A stretch of 62,927 nucleotides of DNA, counting the filler, from Stramenopiles sp. TOSAG23-3 (Eukaryota), in assembly GCA_900128585.1 (NCBI GenBank). It is 11 parts of 11 records of this genome, joined end to end, with 100 filler letters (N's around TTAATTAATTAA, not from the genome) between each part and the next. Parts side by side here need not be neighbours in the genome. Positions count along the whole stretch, not along the records: positions 51,594 to 57,212 come from LT643473.1; positions 57,313 to 62,927 come from LT643474.1; 9 more parts are not named here. One strand, written 5' to 3'. A program made the position numbers and the translations under genes. Below, piece by piece: positions 53,844 to 62,927 of this stretch (positions are counted from its first letter, which is position 1; each line of letters starts with the position of its first letter). The notes under the pieces are model-generated. The model saw nothing but the letters and a program-made list of their open reading frames with translations, was not told the DNA's origin and ran no database searches.

Positions 53844-54953
53844 ATGGCAGAGAGTTTGTACCTTACGGCGCGCTCGAGTTTTACGAGTGGGCAGGAGTTT
53901 CCCGCGGCCACGAACGGGGACAGGCAGCCTTCAAAGGTTTCACTTGCCGCTCCGCAGAGCGCTTTAAAATTTATGTCTGTTGGTTATGACTCAAAGTACC
54001 CAAGCTTAATCACGGGGTCGTCCAGCGTCAATAGTCGTGGCTTTAGTAAGCTGCAGCTGCTGAGTTTGTTTGGTTCGGAGTGGCGCGTGGAAAACGCTGC
54101 CGAGGTCCGAGGGGGGGTGACAGACATAGCAACGGGTGAGTCGTTTGCAGTCGTAGCAACCTCAGCGGGGCTGCTCAACTTTGCTGTCGTCGGAATCATG
54201 CCCGACGGAAGCAAAAGCCTCAATGTTACGAAATCATGGAGCCCGCCACGATCATTAGAAGGGAAAGGCGCAACGAGTGGCCTGGACATATTTCAAGGCA
54301 GCGGAAGGGTGGTGGCGGTGTCCGAAACTGGCAGCATTGACATGTGCCAAATCGGGAACTCGGAATTTTCAAACCCGATTTGCAATACTACCCCAAATTG
54401 TACCGCATACAACGACGTCACATTCATGACGAATCCGAATAGCTTTGTAGTCGTTGGGGACCGCCCAACAGGGCAAATAGAAGTATGGGACGTGGCAGCG
54501 TCCTGCGACCGCCCTCAACTGACGTTCACGCACGACAACCACTCTCGCGTGAGGCAGAACTGTGTAGCACGGCACCCAGCGCGGAACGAAATATTAGCCA
54601 CCGGTTCCAGCGAGGGGTCGGTAAGCATCTGGGACCTAAGAAAAGGGGACACGCCATTTGTAAAGATGCAAGAAGCTCATGCAGGGGACGTGTGGTCTTT
54701 GCGCTTTCACACCCAAGACCCTGGAACCATCGTATCGGTGGGAGAGGACGGCAATGCATTTAGGTGGTCTTACGTCGGCGCCGGAGAAAAGACCCCAGAG
54801 CGGTTTACTCACTCCCCACTGTTTGGCGGGGCGTCTCAGCAGATCGTAGGCAACCATGGATCACCAGCAAACAGTGTCGATATAGATGGCATGACGGATG
54901 CAGTTGCAGTAGCTTATGACATGGGGGTCATTGTTTGCGGGGAGTTGAACTGA
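53844..54953 (+). CDS. NUP43: WD40 protein, Nup43-like
   Basis: CVARHPARNEILATGSSEGSVSIWDLRK..AHAGDVWSLRFH..SVGEDG; single-propeller length. Confidence 0.6.
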   Translation: MAESLYLTARSSFTSGQEFPAATNGDRQPSKVSLAAPQSALKFMSVGYDSKYPSLITGSSSVNSRGFSKLQLLSLFGSEWRVENAAEVRGGVTDIATGESFAVVATSAGLLNFAVVGIMPDGSKSLNVTKSWSPPRSLEGKGATSGLDIFQGSGRVVAVSETGSIDMCQIGNSEFSNPICNTTPNCTAYNDVTFMTNPNSFVVVGDRPTGQIEVWDVAASCDRPQLTFTHDNHSRVRQNCVARHPARNEILATGSSEGSVSIWDLRKGDTPFVKMQEAHAGDVWSLRFHTQDPGTIVSVGEDGNAFRWSYVGAGEKTPERFTHSPLFGGASQQIVGNHGSPANSVDIDGMTDAVAVAYDMGVIVCGELN

Positions 54954-55030
54954 GTCCTGTGCCTCACGTTGTGTTGACACACAGAAAGTTAGGAAGAGAG
55001 AATGTATCATTAATCAAAAAAACAAATCTT

Positions 55031-55384
55031 AAAAACAAGAAAATTGGCTGTTATTTAAGTAAAAACAAGAAAATTGGCTGTTATTTAAGTAATTAAATTT
55101 AGCTTCGTCGTACCCTAATCCTAACTTGGTTCTGTAATTGAATTGGCATTGCTTGCAGATGAACCGTAATCAACTTCCATAAATAAACAAATCTTATCCT
55201 ATGCTTATCTTTAAAAAAACAAGAAAATTGGCTGTTATTTAAGTAATTAAAATTTATGTGCTTGCGAACTGAACTCTAGATTTAGACATTCGAATTAATA
55301 AAAACGAAAAAAGTTGGCTGTTATTTTAAGTAATTAAAATTAATGTTTTAATTACTTAAATAACAGCCAATTTTCTTGTTTTTT
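55031..55384. repeat. Five copies of a 30-37 bp AT-rich repeat (AAAAACAAGAAAATTGGCTGTTATTTAAGT[AATTAAA]): four direct, the last inverted
   Basis: Copies at about 55031, 55061, 55215 and 55300 (degenerate), plus an inverted copy at 55347..55384. Confidence 0.88.
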
Positions 55385-55541
55385 AATTAATGTATCTCAT
55401 ACTACGAACTGATCTCTGCTGTTGTGATTTTAGTAATCAATATGATATCATACATACTATATCAATAGTTTTTTTCATACACAGCGTGAGTAGATTTACA
55501 AAAACAGAAGGAAGCAAATGTTTAATTTACGCCCGTCCCGT

Positions 55542-57133
55542 TCACTCCGCAACACATGGATACTCAATTGGTTTTATGTTAGCGACGCCAAGCCTGCTGC
55601 TCTTGAGGTACCGCTTCCTGATGACCAGCAGCGTGTTGTCCTTATTAAATGACAGAGCGTGCATGTCGCAAATGGCTGTCACGCACTCCCTCAGGCTACT
55701 CCAGCGATACCCACTTATTGCACTCAACCAGGCTTCCCAGAAGGGCTTTTTCAAGCACTGCAGGGCACGAATTATACAAGCCGCCGCAACTTTTGAAGGT
55801 TGCACGGACACCGACACGAGGTATTCCTGCAAAGACAGCTCTGCCAGGTACTTTGACAACGGCGCGACCCGCCCATCTTCAAAATAAGGGCAGTGTTCAA
55901 GGTACATGTTCAGAAAGTCCAGGACGGTGGAAGACGACAGTTTGAACTCCAACGAGTTGAGAACTTTCTCTTCCAGGCTCAGGACATGCTTGGAATGGTA
56001 GACATTGTCCGCGCAGACGGCAAGGTCGTCAACTCCAATGTACGAAACGTCTTCACATTTTGAGGCTATGTGAAGGCAAGTGGCCCCAAGAAGCTGGAAT
56101 TTGCTACGGCTGATTACGGTGGTGCCTAAGTATCGGTCCACGTACTGGACGGCAAGGAATGCGCTTCGCAGGCTCATTTCGAACACGTCCACCACCTCGA
56201 TCAACCAATCGACCAGCATGGCGCGGTGGTTCTGCCGCAATTCGTTTTGAAGCGGCAGGTAATCACGGAAAGGGAAACGGGAACTTTCTAAGCTGCGAAT
56301 GTAGGCGTGGTAATTTCCAAGGAACTGCAAATCGTACCCCCCAATCTGGTACGCCAGTCGAGAACTCTCGATGAACGACGAGCACGGCTGAATGCCCGCT
56401 TCGCCGTCCACCAGCCCAAGTGCACGGAGGCCACGGAGGGGGGGGAACGATAGCTTTTCCCCTTTCGCGGGACTATTCGACGTCAAGGCGTTGCTCCCGT
56501 CAAAATACGAGCATGACAGGGCGTCCTCTGCCGTAGTGCGCTTTCGAGGGTCTAATGCCAGGAGCCCTGACAGCACACTTCTCGCGGCTGGCTCTAGGGC
56601 GGGCAGGACTTTCGTCAGGTCTTTCGGCTTCCAGTTGGGGAAAGAAAATCTATAGTTGGGCAAGCTCTTGAACTCGGGCCAATCGCTTGCAGGAGTCCCT
56701 AAGGTGCTAAATATCTGAAAAAGTTGGTCGATCTCGCAGATTCCTGGGAAAAAGGGTCTACCAAGGGCCATTTCGGCGAAAATGCACCCTATAGACCACA
56801 TGTCAACAGGAAGAAAGTACCGGTCCCCCATCAGCACCTCCGGAGGCCGGTACCACAGCGTCACCACCTCCGTGGTGTACGTTCGGAGGGGGATGCAGGT
56901 GGACCGCACCAGTGCAAAATCGGACACTTGCAAGCGGGCTTTTGATACGTCCCCGTCGGGGCCCAACTTGATAAGCAAATGTTTTGGTTTCAAGTTTCTA
57001 TGGACAACGCCACGGCGATGACAATACGCAATCGCGCCGATGAGTTGGTGCATGAACATTTTAATGACGCCTTTGCTGAGGGGCTTCCCCCCGGTCGGGT
57101 TCTTGGCCGGGTTTATCAAATCGTACATGGTGC
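55542..57133 (-). CDS. CDK-like (pseudo)kinase domain fused to an A/B-type cyclin; 5'-truncated by a fold-back junction
   Basis: Kinase: HRNLKPKHLL, SDFALVR, YTTEVVTLWYRPPE, DMWSIGCIFAEM, EIDQLFQIF..LGTP. Cyclin box: HRAMLVDWLIEV..VDRYL..FQLLGATCLHIASKCED, then YLAELSL and PSKVAAA. Confidence 0.9.
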
Positions 57134-57212
57134 ACGATGGGGGGAAGCCGGTCAACCATGCCGAGGCAGGCGCAAAGGACCAGCGTAAACTTGAGCAGGC
57201 GAACCGGCGCAA
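57134..57212. repeat. Right arm of 79-bp terminal inverted repeat of contig 10 (Rab coding sequence)
   Basis: Exact reverse complement of 51594..51672. Confidence 0.95.
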
Positions 57213-57312
57213 NNNNNNNNNNNNNNNNNNNNNNNNNNNNNNNNNNNNNNNNNNNNTTAATTAATTAANNNNNNNNNNNNNNNNNNNNNNNNNNNNNNNN
57301 NNNNNNNNNNNN
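57213..57312. other. Artificial contig linker
   Basis: N44-TTAATTAATTAA-N44. Confidence 0.98.
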
Positions 57313-57675
57313 ATCTATCTATCTATCTATATTTATAAAGAAATAGTATGTAAATAGGACACATAAGATGGTTAAATTAATTACAACATCCTCGTATTCT
57401 AATAGAAGAAGATAGAAAAAAAATAATAATAATATAAAAAATAAAATATGAAAAAAAATATGAGAAGAAGAAATGGAGATCATTCGAATGAGATATGAGT
57501 GCACTCATTGAATCAATCAATCAATCAATCAATTGATCAATCGATCGAGCGATCGGACGAATTTATTCAAAACCAGTGAGATTATGTTTTTAGTGATATG
57601 GTTACACGATAAATTCATCCACAAGTGACGTTTACTTCATTTGCTTTGTTGTTTCTACTACCACCGCTAGCTGTA

Positions 57676-60600
57676 ATGGGGAACCAAAAATCGCGTTCGC
57701 TTCAAAAGGAAGCGGACCACATAAAAAGTGACTTAACCCCCGAGGGTCGCCAGCTCGTCGAAAATGTCTTTGCCACCTTGGCCGCGCGCTCGGGCGGCGG
57801 GTCAGACCAGATTGACAGGGCTGCGTTCATAAAGTTCTATTCCAACATCGAGCAAGTATTTTGGAAGGACAGGCTTTTTGACGTTTTTGATTTCAAGAAA
57901 ACGGGCTTCATGAACTTCGACGAGTTCCTCGTGAGCTACGTTATCTTTTCCAGCAACTCCTCCTCGGCCAGCAAACCCTCGGCCAAGCTGAAGTTCCTGT
58001 TCGCCATGTTTGCGAATGGGGACATGCGTCTGGACCGGCCCGGGCTGACACAGTTCATTGAGCACTTACCGGACGCCGTCTTGGAAAAGTGCGAATCGTA
58101 CGTGGAGGTCACGGAGGACGGGGGCATTGCCACCGACACGGGCCCGGGGTGTGTGGAACGTATGGTGAACCACGCGTTCGGCGGGCACGAAGAGAAGACC
58201 GTCAATTTTTCCGACAGCGAAGACTCAGAGCAAACGGACGAAAAGGGTGGGCAGGTTCTCAGCAAAGGCAAAAAGTCGATCGGGTTCAAAACGTTTCTAG
58301 AGTGGGCCCACCACTACCACATGGTGGCCGAATGGGCGGACGACCTGCACAACGAGACGGCAGAGGAGACCGAAATGGAACGAAAGTCTGCCGCAGAGCT
58401 CCAGAGTTACGCGGAAGAGATTGAAGGTGCCCACGGCGAAGTCCACGACGCAGTGTCCAAGCTTGAGCGCGAACACAGGGCGATGTTGGACGCGGCCCGC
58501 GCAAGGAAAAAGCTTGCACGCGCGGAAAATGCCCTTCGCCACAAGAAGCACGCGGTCAGAAAGATAGTAAAACTCTGCCGCCACGTTCAGTACAACGCCC
58601 GTCGCGAAGCCTTCGAGGTGTGGGCGGCCGCAGTCTACCGGAGCGCCGCTTCCGAGTTCGTCAAAATACGAAACAGGCTTGGGTCGAGCAAAAGCGGCTT
58701 CTTCCCAAACTTGGCCGAGAAACAACGCGCGGAGCCCGCGTGGGTCAAGACCGCCCCCCTGGGCGACGTGGCCACGGGAAAGGTATGGGAACGGCGCGGC
58801 CTTCCCCGCTACGTACCGAAGGGCCACTCCTCCAAGATGGACGACGAGCGCAGGAAAATCGAGGAACTCTCACCGCGGCAAAGAAAGCAGTTTCGGCTTG
58901 AACAGCGCCGAAACATAGCGTTCGGGCGATTCTTGGTGACATCTGGGAGGGCGATCCCGCGAATTTTTCGCTGCTCCACGGCCTCCGCCGACTACCCAAT
59001 CTTTCACCTTCCCTCGCACACGACGGCGCCCGAGGCGACGGCGCAGCTCCCAAAGTTTACCGCGCGCAACCATGGGCTTTTTGGTGCCATGCGGCGACAG
59101 GAGCTTATGTTCGGAACGAAGAGCGCACCTGAAAGGCTGTGTGAGGCTTACATCCAAGGGCGGACCAAAGGAAACGCGTTTTTGCCCCTCGCCACCAGGC
59201 GGTCCAAGGCAGGAGACAGCTCCAGCATCGTGTCTTTCGACGATGCCCACCACCTGTCGTGGGGGAAAATGGAGGACGGCGCGAGCGACGACAACAAGAC
59301 CTGGGCCAAGATGCAGACGGACATGTACGCAAATACGCTTGTGCCAGTCTACGAGACGGTGCGATGGAAGTTTAAAGTGGGCTCCTTAGTTCATGTCGAC
59401 CTGCCTGTCGACGCCCACGCCATTGCCGAGGAGTTCGGGCGGGTGATCGGCCTGATCGTTTACGACTATTGCGCGGTCTGGGACGAGCACCACGACGAGC
59501 TTCACGGGAAAGGGCACGACACCGGCGTTCACCCCGAACACCTGCTGGACGTTTCGAGCTTGGGGCTTTGCGAAGCGTTCCTATCGGAGTATCGATCAAA
59601 CCAAAACGACCAGCAGTTTGAGCTGAATGGTCCCCTGTACGGCTTTCAATCCATTTCAGAGTCGATAAAGTCGGACTGGCAGCGTGGCTTTGCACTCAAA
59701 AATTTGGACCCGATGAATTCTTTTCCAGACACCATACTGCTGACCATTGTCGTCGCGACCCTTTCCGGTCCACGTTCGAAGGGGCTGAACGTCGAGAAGC
59801 AGCTCTGCGAAGATCGCGCAGCAGGGCGAGACACCACGATTGACATCAACGTCCAGGCCACTGCCGAAGAGAAGCAAGCGTTCGCGTTGATGAAGCAGAT
59901 CATGTGCGCCAAACTGGCCTTGATGGTGCTGAGCGGGGGCACCATCAATTACACCCCGCGGAACGAGCGCACCACGGACGCCACCATCAGTCCATCCCAA
60001 GACCATCATTTGGGCCTGTTATCGTCCATTGTGAACCACTCCATCATGACGTGCTTGCAGCCGATGTTTGCCGACTGCAACTTTCGAAGCGATTTGTGCT
60101 CCGCAAAAATAGTAAAAATGTACCGGTGCAAATCGTCCCGTCCTACCCCGATTAGCCTGGCGCTCGGCGGGCGAGCGCTGCTAGAGCACAACATAAAACG
60201 GACGGGGGAGGCCCCAATTTTGAAGCGACACTCGCGGACCCGAGAAATAGAACGCGACGGATTTTTGGCCGACACCCAGACGCCCGACCTGGGGGACTGG
60301 GTCTACGAGCTGCGGTACGACGAGCGATGCAACGTGTGGGGGAAAAGGGATCCACGGGTAACCACGGTCTCGTACGACCGGTTGACCCCCCTGAGGGAGG
60401 ATTTGATCAAAGAGCACTCCTCGGACCCGGACAAACTGCTGGTAAACTACGAGGGCATGGAGACCCGGCCCGAAGGGGATGACAAGACCGGGATTACAGT
60501 GTGCGTATTTGGGAGCAAGCGGCAACTGCTGCGTTCGGCGTTGGATCGGTGGCTCGCACGAGCGGGGGGCAACCCCTGCGAAGCCTTCCTCCACAAACTA

Positions 60601-61299
60601 CATCGGTGCGCCGATAGCGAGTCGATCGTTCGCCGATTGCACCGTTTCCAAAAGAAGCAAAAGCCTAGGAAAGCGTCCAAAAAATCGGACCCGGAAAAAG
60701 GGTCCATGGACATACTGAAATATATAAACGCCCGCCCGCCCGCAGGCTGGGACATCGACGAGGCCAGGGACATGTACACCCGAATTTACGTGGGACCCGC
60801 GAAACACAGCAACGCCACCGACGCCCCCGGCAAATACGGGCTGTTGGCAACGGATAGGCTTGTGAAGGACTTGGGAGAGCTTGATTTAGAGCTTAAGAAC
60901 GTGCTCCTGCCCCGGCAACGGCTTTGGGAAGATCGTCTCGAGGGCGCCCAGGCGTTGGAGCAGCAACTGCTGCAAACTGTCACAAAGCAAACCCAACTTT
61001 TGAACAGCCGGTTACCGGGGTCCTCCGCAACCAACGCGGCAATGAGTTTTGAAGAATCCCTGGGAACCAACCACCTAGAGGCAAATATGACCGAAATACA
61101 GGACGAAATTGACGCTGTCGCAAAAGAGCGCGAGCACTGGAGGCAAAAAGTTATTCAGTACCAATTAATTTTGGACCAGATGGTGACCAGTGAGAAAGGG
61201 ATGAGCATGCACGAACTCGTTCAACGAGACCAACAGCAATTTGGCGGTCTTCATTCCGAGCTAAAGAGGAACGATTTGACGTGGGAGCTCACGGGGTAA
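57676..61299 (+). CDS. Large protein with N-myristoylation-like start and calcineurin-B/recoverin-like EF-hand region; remainder unrecognised
   Basis: MGNQKS start; DRLFDVFDFKKTGFMNFDEFL; KLKFLFAMF; coiled coils. Confidence 0.75.
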   Translation: MGNQKSRSLQKEADHIKSDLTPEGRQLVENVFATLAARSGGGSDQIDRAAFIKFYSNIEQVFWKDRLFDVFDFKKTGFMNFDEFLVSYVIFSSNSSSASKPSAKLKFLFAMFANGDMRLDRPGLTQFIEHLPDAVLEKCESYVEVTEDGGIATDTGPGCVERMVNHAFGGHEEKTVNFSDSEDSEQTDEKGGQVLSKGKKSIGFKTFLEWAHHYHMVAEWADDLHNETAEETEMERKSAAELQSYAEEIEGAHGEVHDAVSKLEREHRAMLDAARARKKLARAENALRHKKHAVRKIVKLCRHVQYNARREAFEVWAAAVYRSAASEFVKIRNRLGSSKSGFFPNLAEKQRAEPAWVKTAPLGDVATGKVWERRGLPRYVPKGHSSKMDDERRKIEELSPRQRKQFRLEQRRNIAFGRFLVTSGRAIPRIFRCSTASADYPIFHLPSHTTAPEATAQLPKFTARNHGLFGAMRRQELMFGTKSAPERLCEAYIQGRTKGNAFLPLATRRSKAGDSSSIVSFDDAHHLSWGKMEDGASDDNKTWAKMQTDMYANTLVPVYETVRWKFKVGSLVHVDLPVDAHAIAEEFGRVIGLIVYDYCAVWDEHHDELHGKGHDTGVHPEHLLDVSSLGLCEAFLSEYRSNQNDQQFELNGPLYGFQSISESIKSDWQRGFALKNLDPMNSFPDTILLTIVVATLSGPRSKGLNVEKQLCEDRAAGRDTTIDINVQATAEEKQAFALMKQIMCAKLALMVLSGGTINYTPRNERTTDATISPSQDHHLGLLSSIVNHSIMTCLQPMFADCNFRSDLCSAKIVKMYRCKSSRPTPISLALGGRALLEHNIKRTGEAPILKRHSRTREIERDGFLADTQTPDLGDWVYELRYDERCNVWGKRDPRVTTVSYDRLTPLREDLIKEHSSDPDKLLVNYEGMETRPEGDDKTGITVCVFGSKRQLLRSALDRWLARAGGNPCEAFLHKLHRCADSESIVRRLHRFQKKQKPRKASKKSDPEKGSMDILKYINARPPAGWDIDEARDMYTRIYVGPAKHSNATDAPGKYGLLATDRLVKDLGELDLELKNVLLPRQRLWEDRLEGAQALEQQLLQTVTKQTQLLNSRLPGSSATNAAMSFEESLGTNHLEANMTEIQDEIDAVAKEREHWRQKVIQYQLILDQMVTSEKGMSMHELVQRDQQQFGGLHSELKRNDLTWELTG

Positions 61300-61573
61300 C
61301 TGGCCATTTGGACAATACGTTTTATGAGTTACGAATCTATAAAAAAAACTAATGATATATGATATGTAGTATGTTTTAAGACTCTTTGTACTGTTTGTGC
61401 TATAGTTCATCATTTTAATTACTTAAAAATAACAACACCATTATTTTGCTTTTAATTTTTAATCGAATTGAATGATATTCTTTGATGATCTAATAATATC
61501 TTGTACTTATTACGAGACTAGACAGAGTGGGGGAAATGCATGACGCGCTAGACACAATGGAGTCAGTTTCACT

Positions 61574-62746
61574 TCACTTCTTTCGCTTTTTTTTCCCCCC
61601 ACTTTTCCCAGAGTTCGATTCGGCAAGCACAGCGTTCGGATACTGGGACAAAGACGCTTGGAAAATAAGATTCGGGTGTTTTTGGGACAGCCAGCGGCGG
61701 AACACCGCATTCTGTTCGTCAAACTCGCCTATTTTGCCGTGGTTCAATTCGCCGGATCCAACATTGCCGTTTTGAAAATTTGGTTGAAAATCGCTACGAA
61801 TCATATTGAGGTATTCTAAGAGGCAAATGTCTGTGACCATGTCTCCGCCGATGCGATTTGGGTAAAAAATCAAATGGCAATTTGGGAACCGTTCGTTGTG
61901 GAAAAACTCACACAAGTCTTCGTAGCATGTTTCAGTTATTCCCGTGTGAGACACATCCAGCGTGTACATTTCATCCTGCCATCGTTGGATCGTTTTCAGG
62001 TATTTAAAAAATTTGGACATTCCCGACGGCCCAATGTTGTTCCAGGATACATCATACTCGTACAGAGGGTGCTCATCCACCATCTGGGCCGCGCACTCTG
62101 CAGAGCGCCATGTCATGCCTACATCTGACAAAATCAAACGAAAAATATCATTGCTGAAAGGCTCGTCGTACAGCAGCTTCATCCCTCTATCGCCTATCTT
62201 GTTTGATCCGAGATCGAGGTCAATCAACCGTGGCATGTGCATGATGCTCAGGAGGATCCCATCGACCCTCTTGCGTTCTCGCTTGCGGTTCGGTTCGTTT
62301 CCCGGAATATAGCGCAAGCCGACATTGTTCAAATGCAGATGCATGATTTGCGCAGTTGTGCTCCCTTCATTAGTCAATGCTTGCGTGAGCAGGTGCATCC
62401 CATAAACCCCAATCTGGTTCCCACTGAGATCAATGGACCTAATACCTACTTCCCGGTGGGACTCTTTTTCGCTCGCCATCTTTACCACCGTGGATATAGC
62501 TTCGATGTCTTTTTCCCTCAGCCCGCGGTTGTTACAGTTTATATTCAACCGCACAAGAGTATCTTCCACGATGGATTTTACAGGGAAAATATGAAGTCTA
62601 GCGCACGCAGCCCGATAATCTGTCATCGCCCTCTCGTTGTCATTTTTCAAAGGTTCCTGAATTTCCAGGTCCAAACTATCACTCTCACTCCCCTCGTCGT
62701 CAAAGTCAAGCAACTTGCTCGTATCGTCCAATTCGCTATCTGCCAT
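61574..62746 (-). CDS. Ribonuclease-inhibitor-like leucine-rich repeat protein (LRRC74-like N-terminus)
   Basis: YRAAC..L.I.P; LRRs IDLSGNQIG, LDLGSNKIGDRG, YDVSWNNIGPSG, LDVSHTGI. Confidence 0.8.
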   Translation of the reverse strand: MADSELDDTSKLLDFDDEGSESDSLDLEIQEPLKNDNERAMTDYRAACARLHIFPVKSIVEDTLVRLNINCNNRGLREKDIEAISTVVKMASEKESHREVGIRSIDLSGNQIGVYGMHLLTQALTNEGSTTAQIMHLHLNNVGLRYIPGNEPNRKRERKRVDGILLSIMHMPRLIDLDLGSNKIGDRGMKLLYDEPFSNDIFRLILSDVGMTWRSAECAAQMVDEHPLYEYDVSWNNIGPSGMSKFFKYLKTIQRWQDEMYTLDVSHTGITETCYEDLCEFFHNERFPNCHLIFYPNRIGGDMVTDICLLEYLNMIRSDFQPNFQNGNVGSGELNHGKIGEFDEQNAVFRRWLSQKHPNLIFQASLSQYPNAVLAESNSGKSGGKKKRKK

Positions 62747-62927
62747 TCTCGGGCAGACGATTCAAAGGATACGTTGGGATCGAAACGCCGCCGAATGAAT
62801 GAATTCTTGCCTTTTAGCAAGTGTTGGCATTGTACTTGAACAATCTACATTTTTTTACGTAACTTAGGTATTACTCATTGATCGAAATCAGAATAATATG
62901 CAAGAAGAGAAGAAAGAAAAGTGTATA

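Noticed and set aside
55110-55125. CCCTAA-like telomeric seed
   Set aside because: Fewer than two perfect units.
55031-55384. CRISPR array
   Set aside because: Spacing is irregular (0, about 120 and about 50 nt), one copy is inverted, the context is eukaryotic, and there are no cas genes.
5648-57312. TTAATTAATTAA motif recurring every ~5.7 kb as a biological periodic element
   Set aside because: Always embedded in N44 runs, and segments decrease monotonically in length: these are concatenation linkers.
6086-62746. Alternative genetic code or stop-codon readthrough
   Set aside because: TAA, TAG and TGA all end conserved genes at expected positions. The interruptions seen are frame changes, not in-frame stops.

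Overview
This is eukaryotic nuclear DNA, not one locus. It consists of 11 unrelated contigs of about 5.6 kb, sorted by decreasing length (5647 to 5615 bp) and joined by 100-bp artificial linkers (N44-TTAATTAATTAA-N44), so gene neighbourhood across linkers is meaningless. Genes are mostly intronless and GC-richer than the AT- and microsatellite-rich intergenic DNA, and they use the standard code. Gene content suggests a heterotrophic protist SAG/MAG, possibly a stramenopile (inference). Recognisable genes: DCAF1/VprBP, MARCH6/Doa10, spastin, a Rab8-like GTPase, a Nup43-like WD40, an mL59-like protein, a PH-RCC1-FYVE protein, GH28, a pectin acetylesterase-family esterase, a GH20 fragment, a bZIP factor, an MDR alkenal reductase, and RING, LRR and coiled-coil proteins. 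Best candidates for new biology: (1) a Cys-rich precursor with a bacterial OmpA-type peptidoglycan-binding domain and a beta-defensin-like module, separated by a repeated RxRR-A[HN]T(M)FLL[EQ] processing-like motif; (2) a giant phage-tail-fibre-like repeat protein carrying disulfide-clamped mucin-like loops; (3) a CDK-like pseudokinase fused in frame to a cyclin; (4) a secreted protein whose reelin-like domain is split by an EGF-VWD insert and followed by lectin-like domains. Two contigs have exact 79-bp terminal inverted repeats that look like amplification or assembly fold-back artefacts. All domain calls come from reading motifs by eye; no searches were run.
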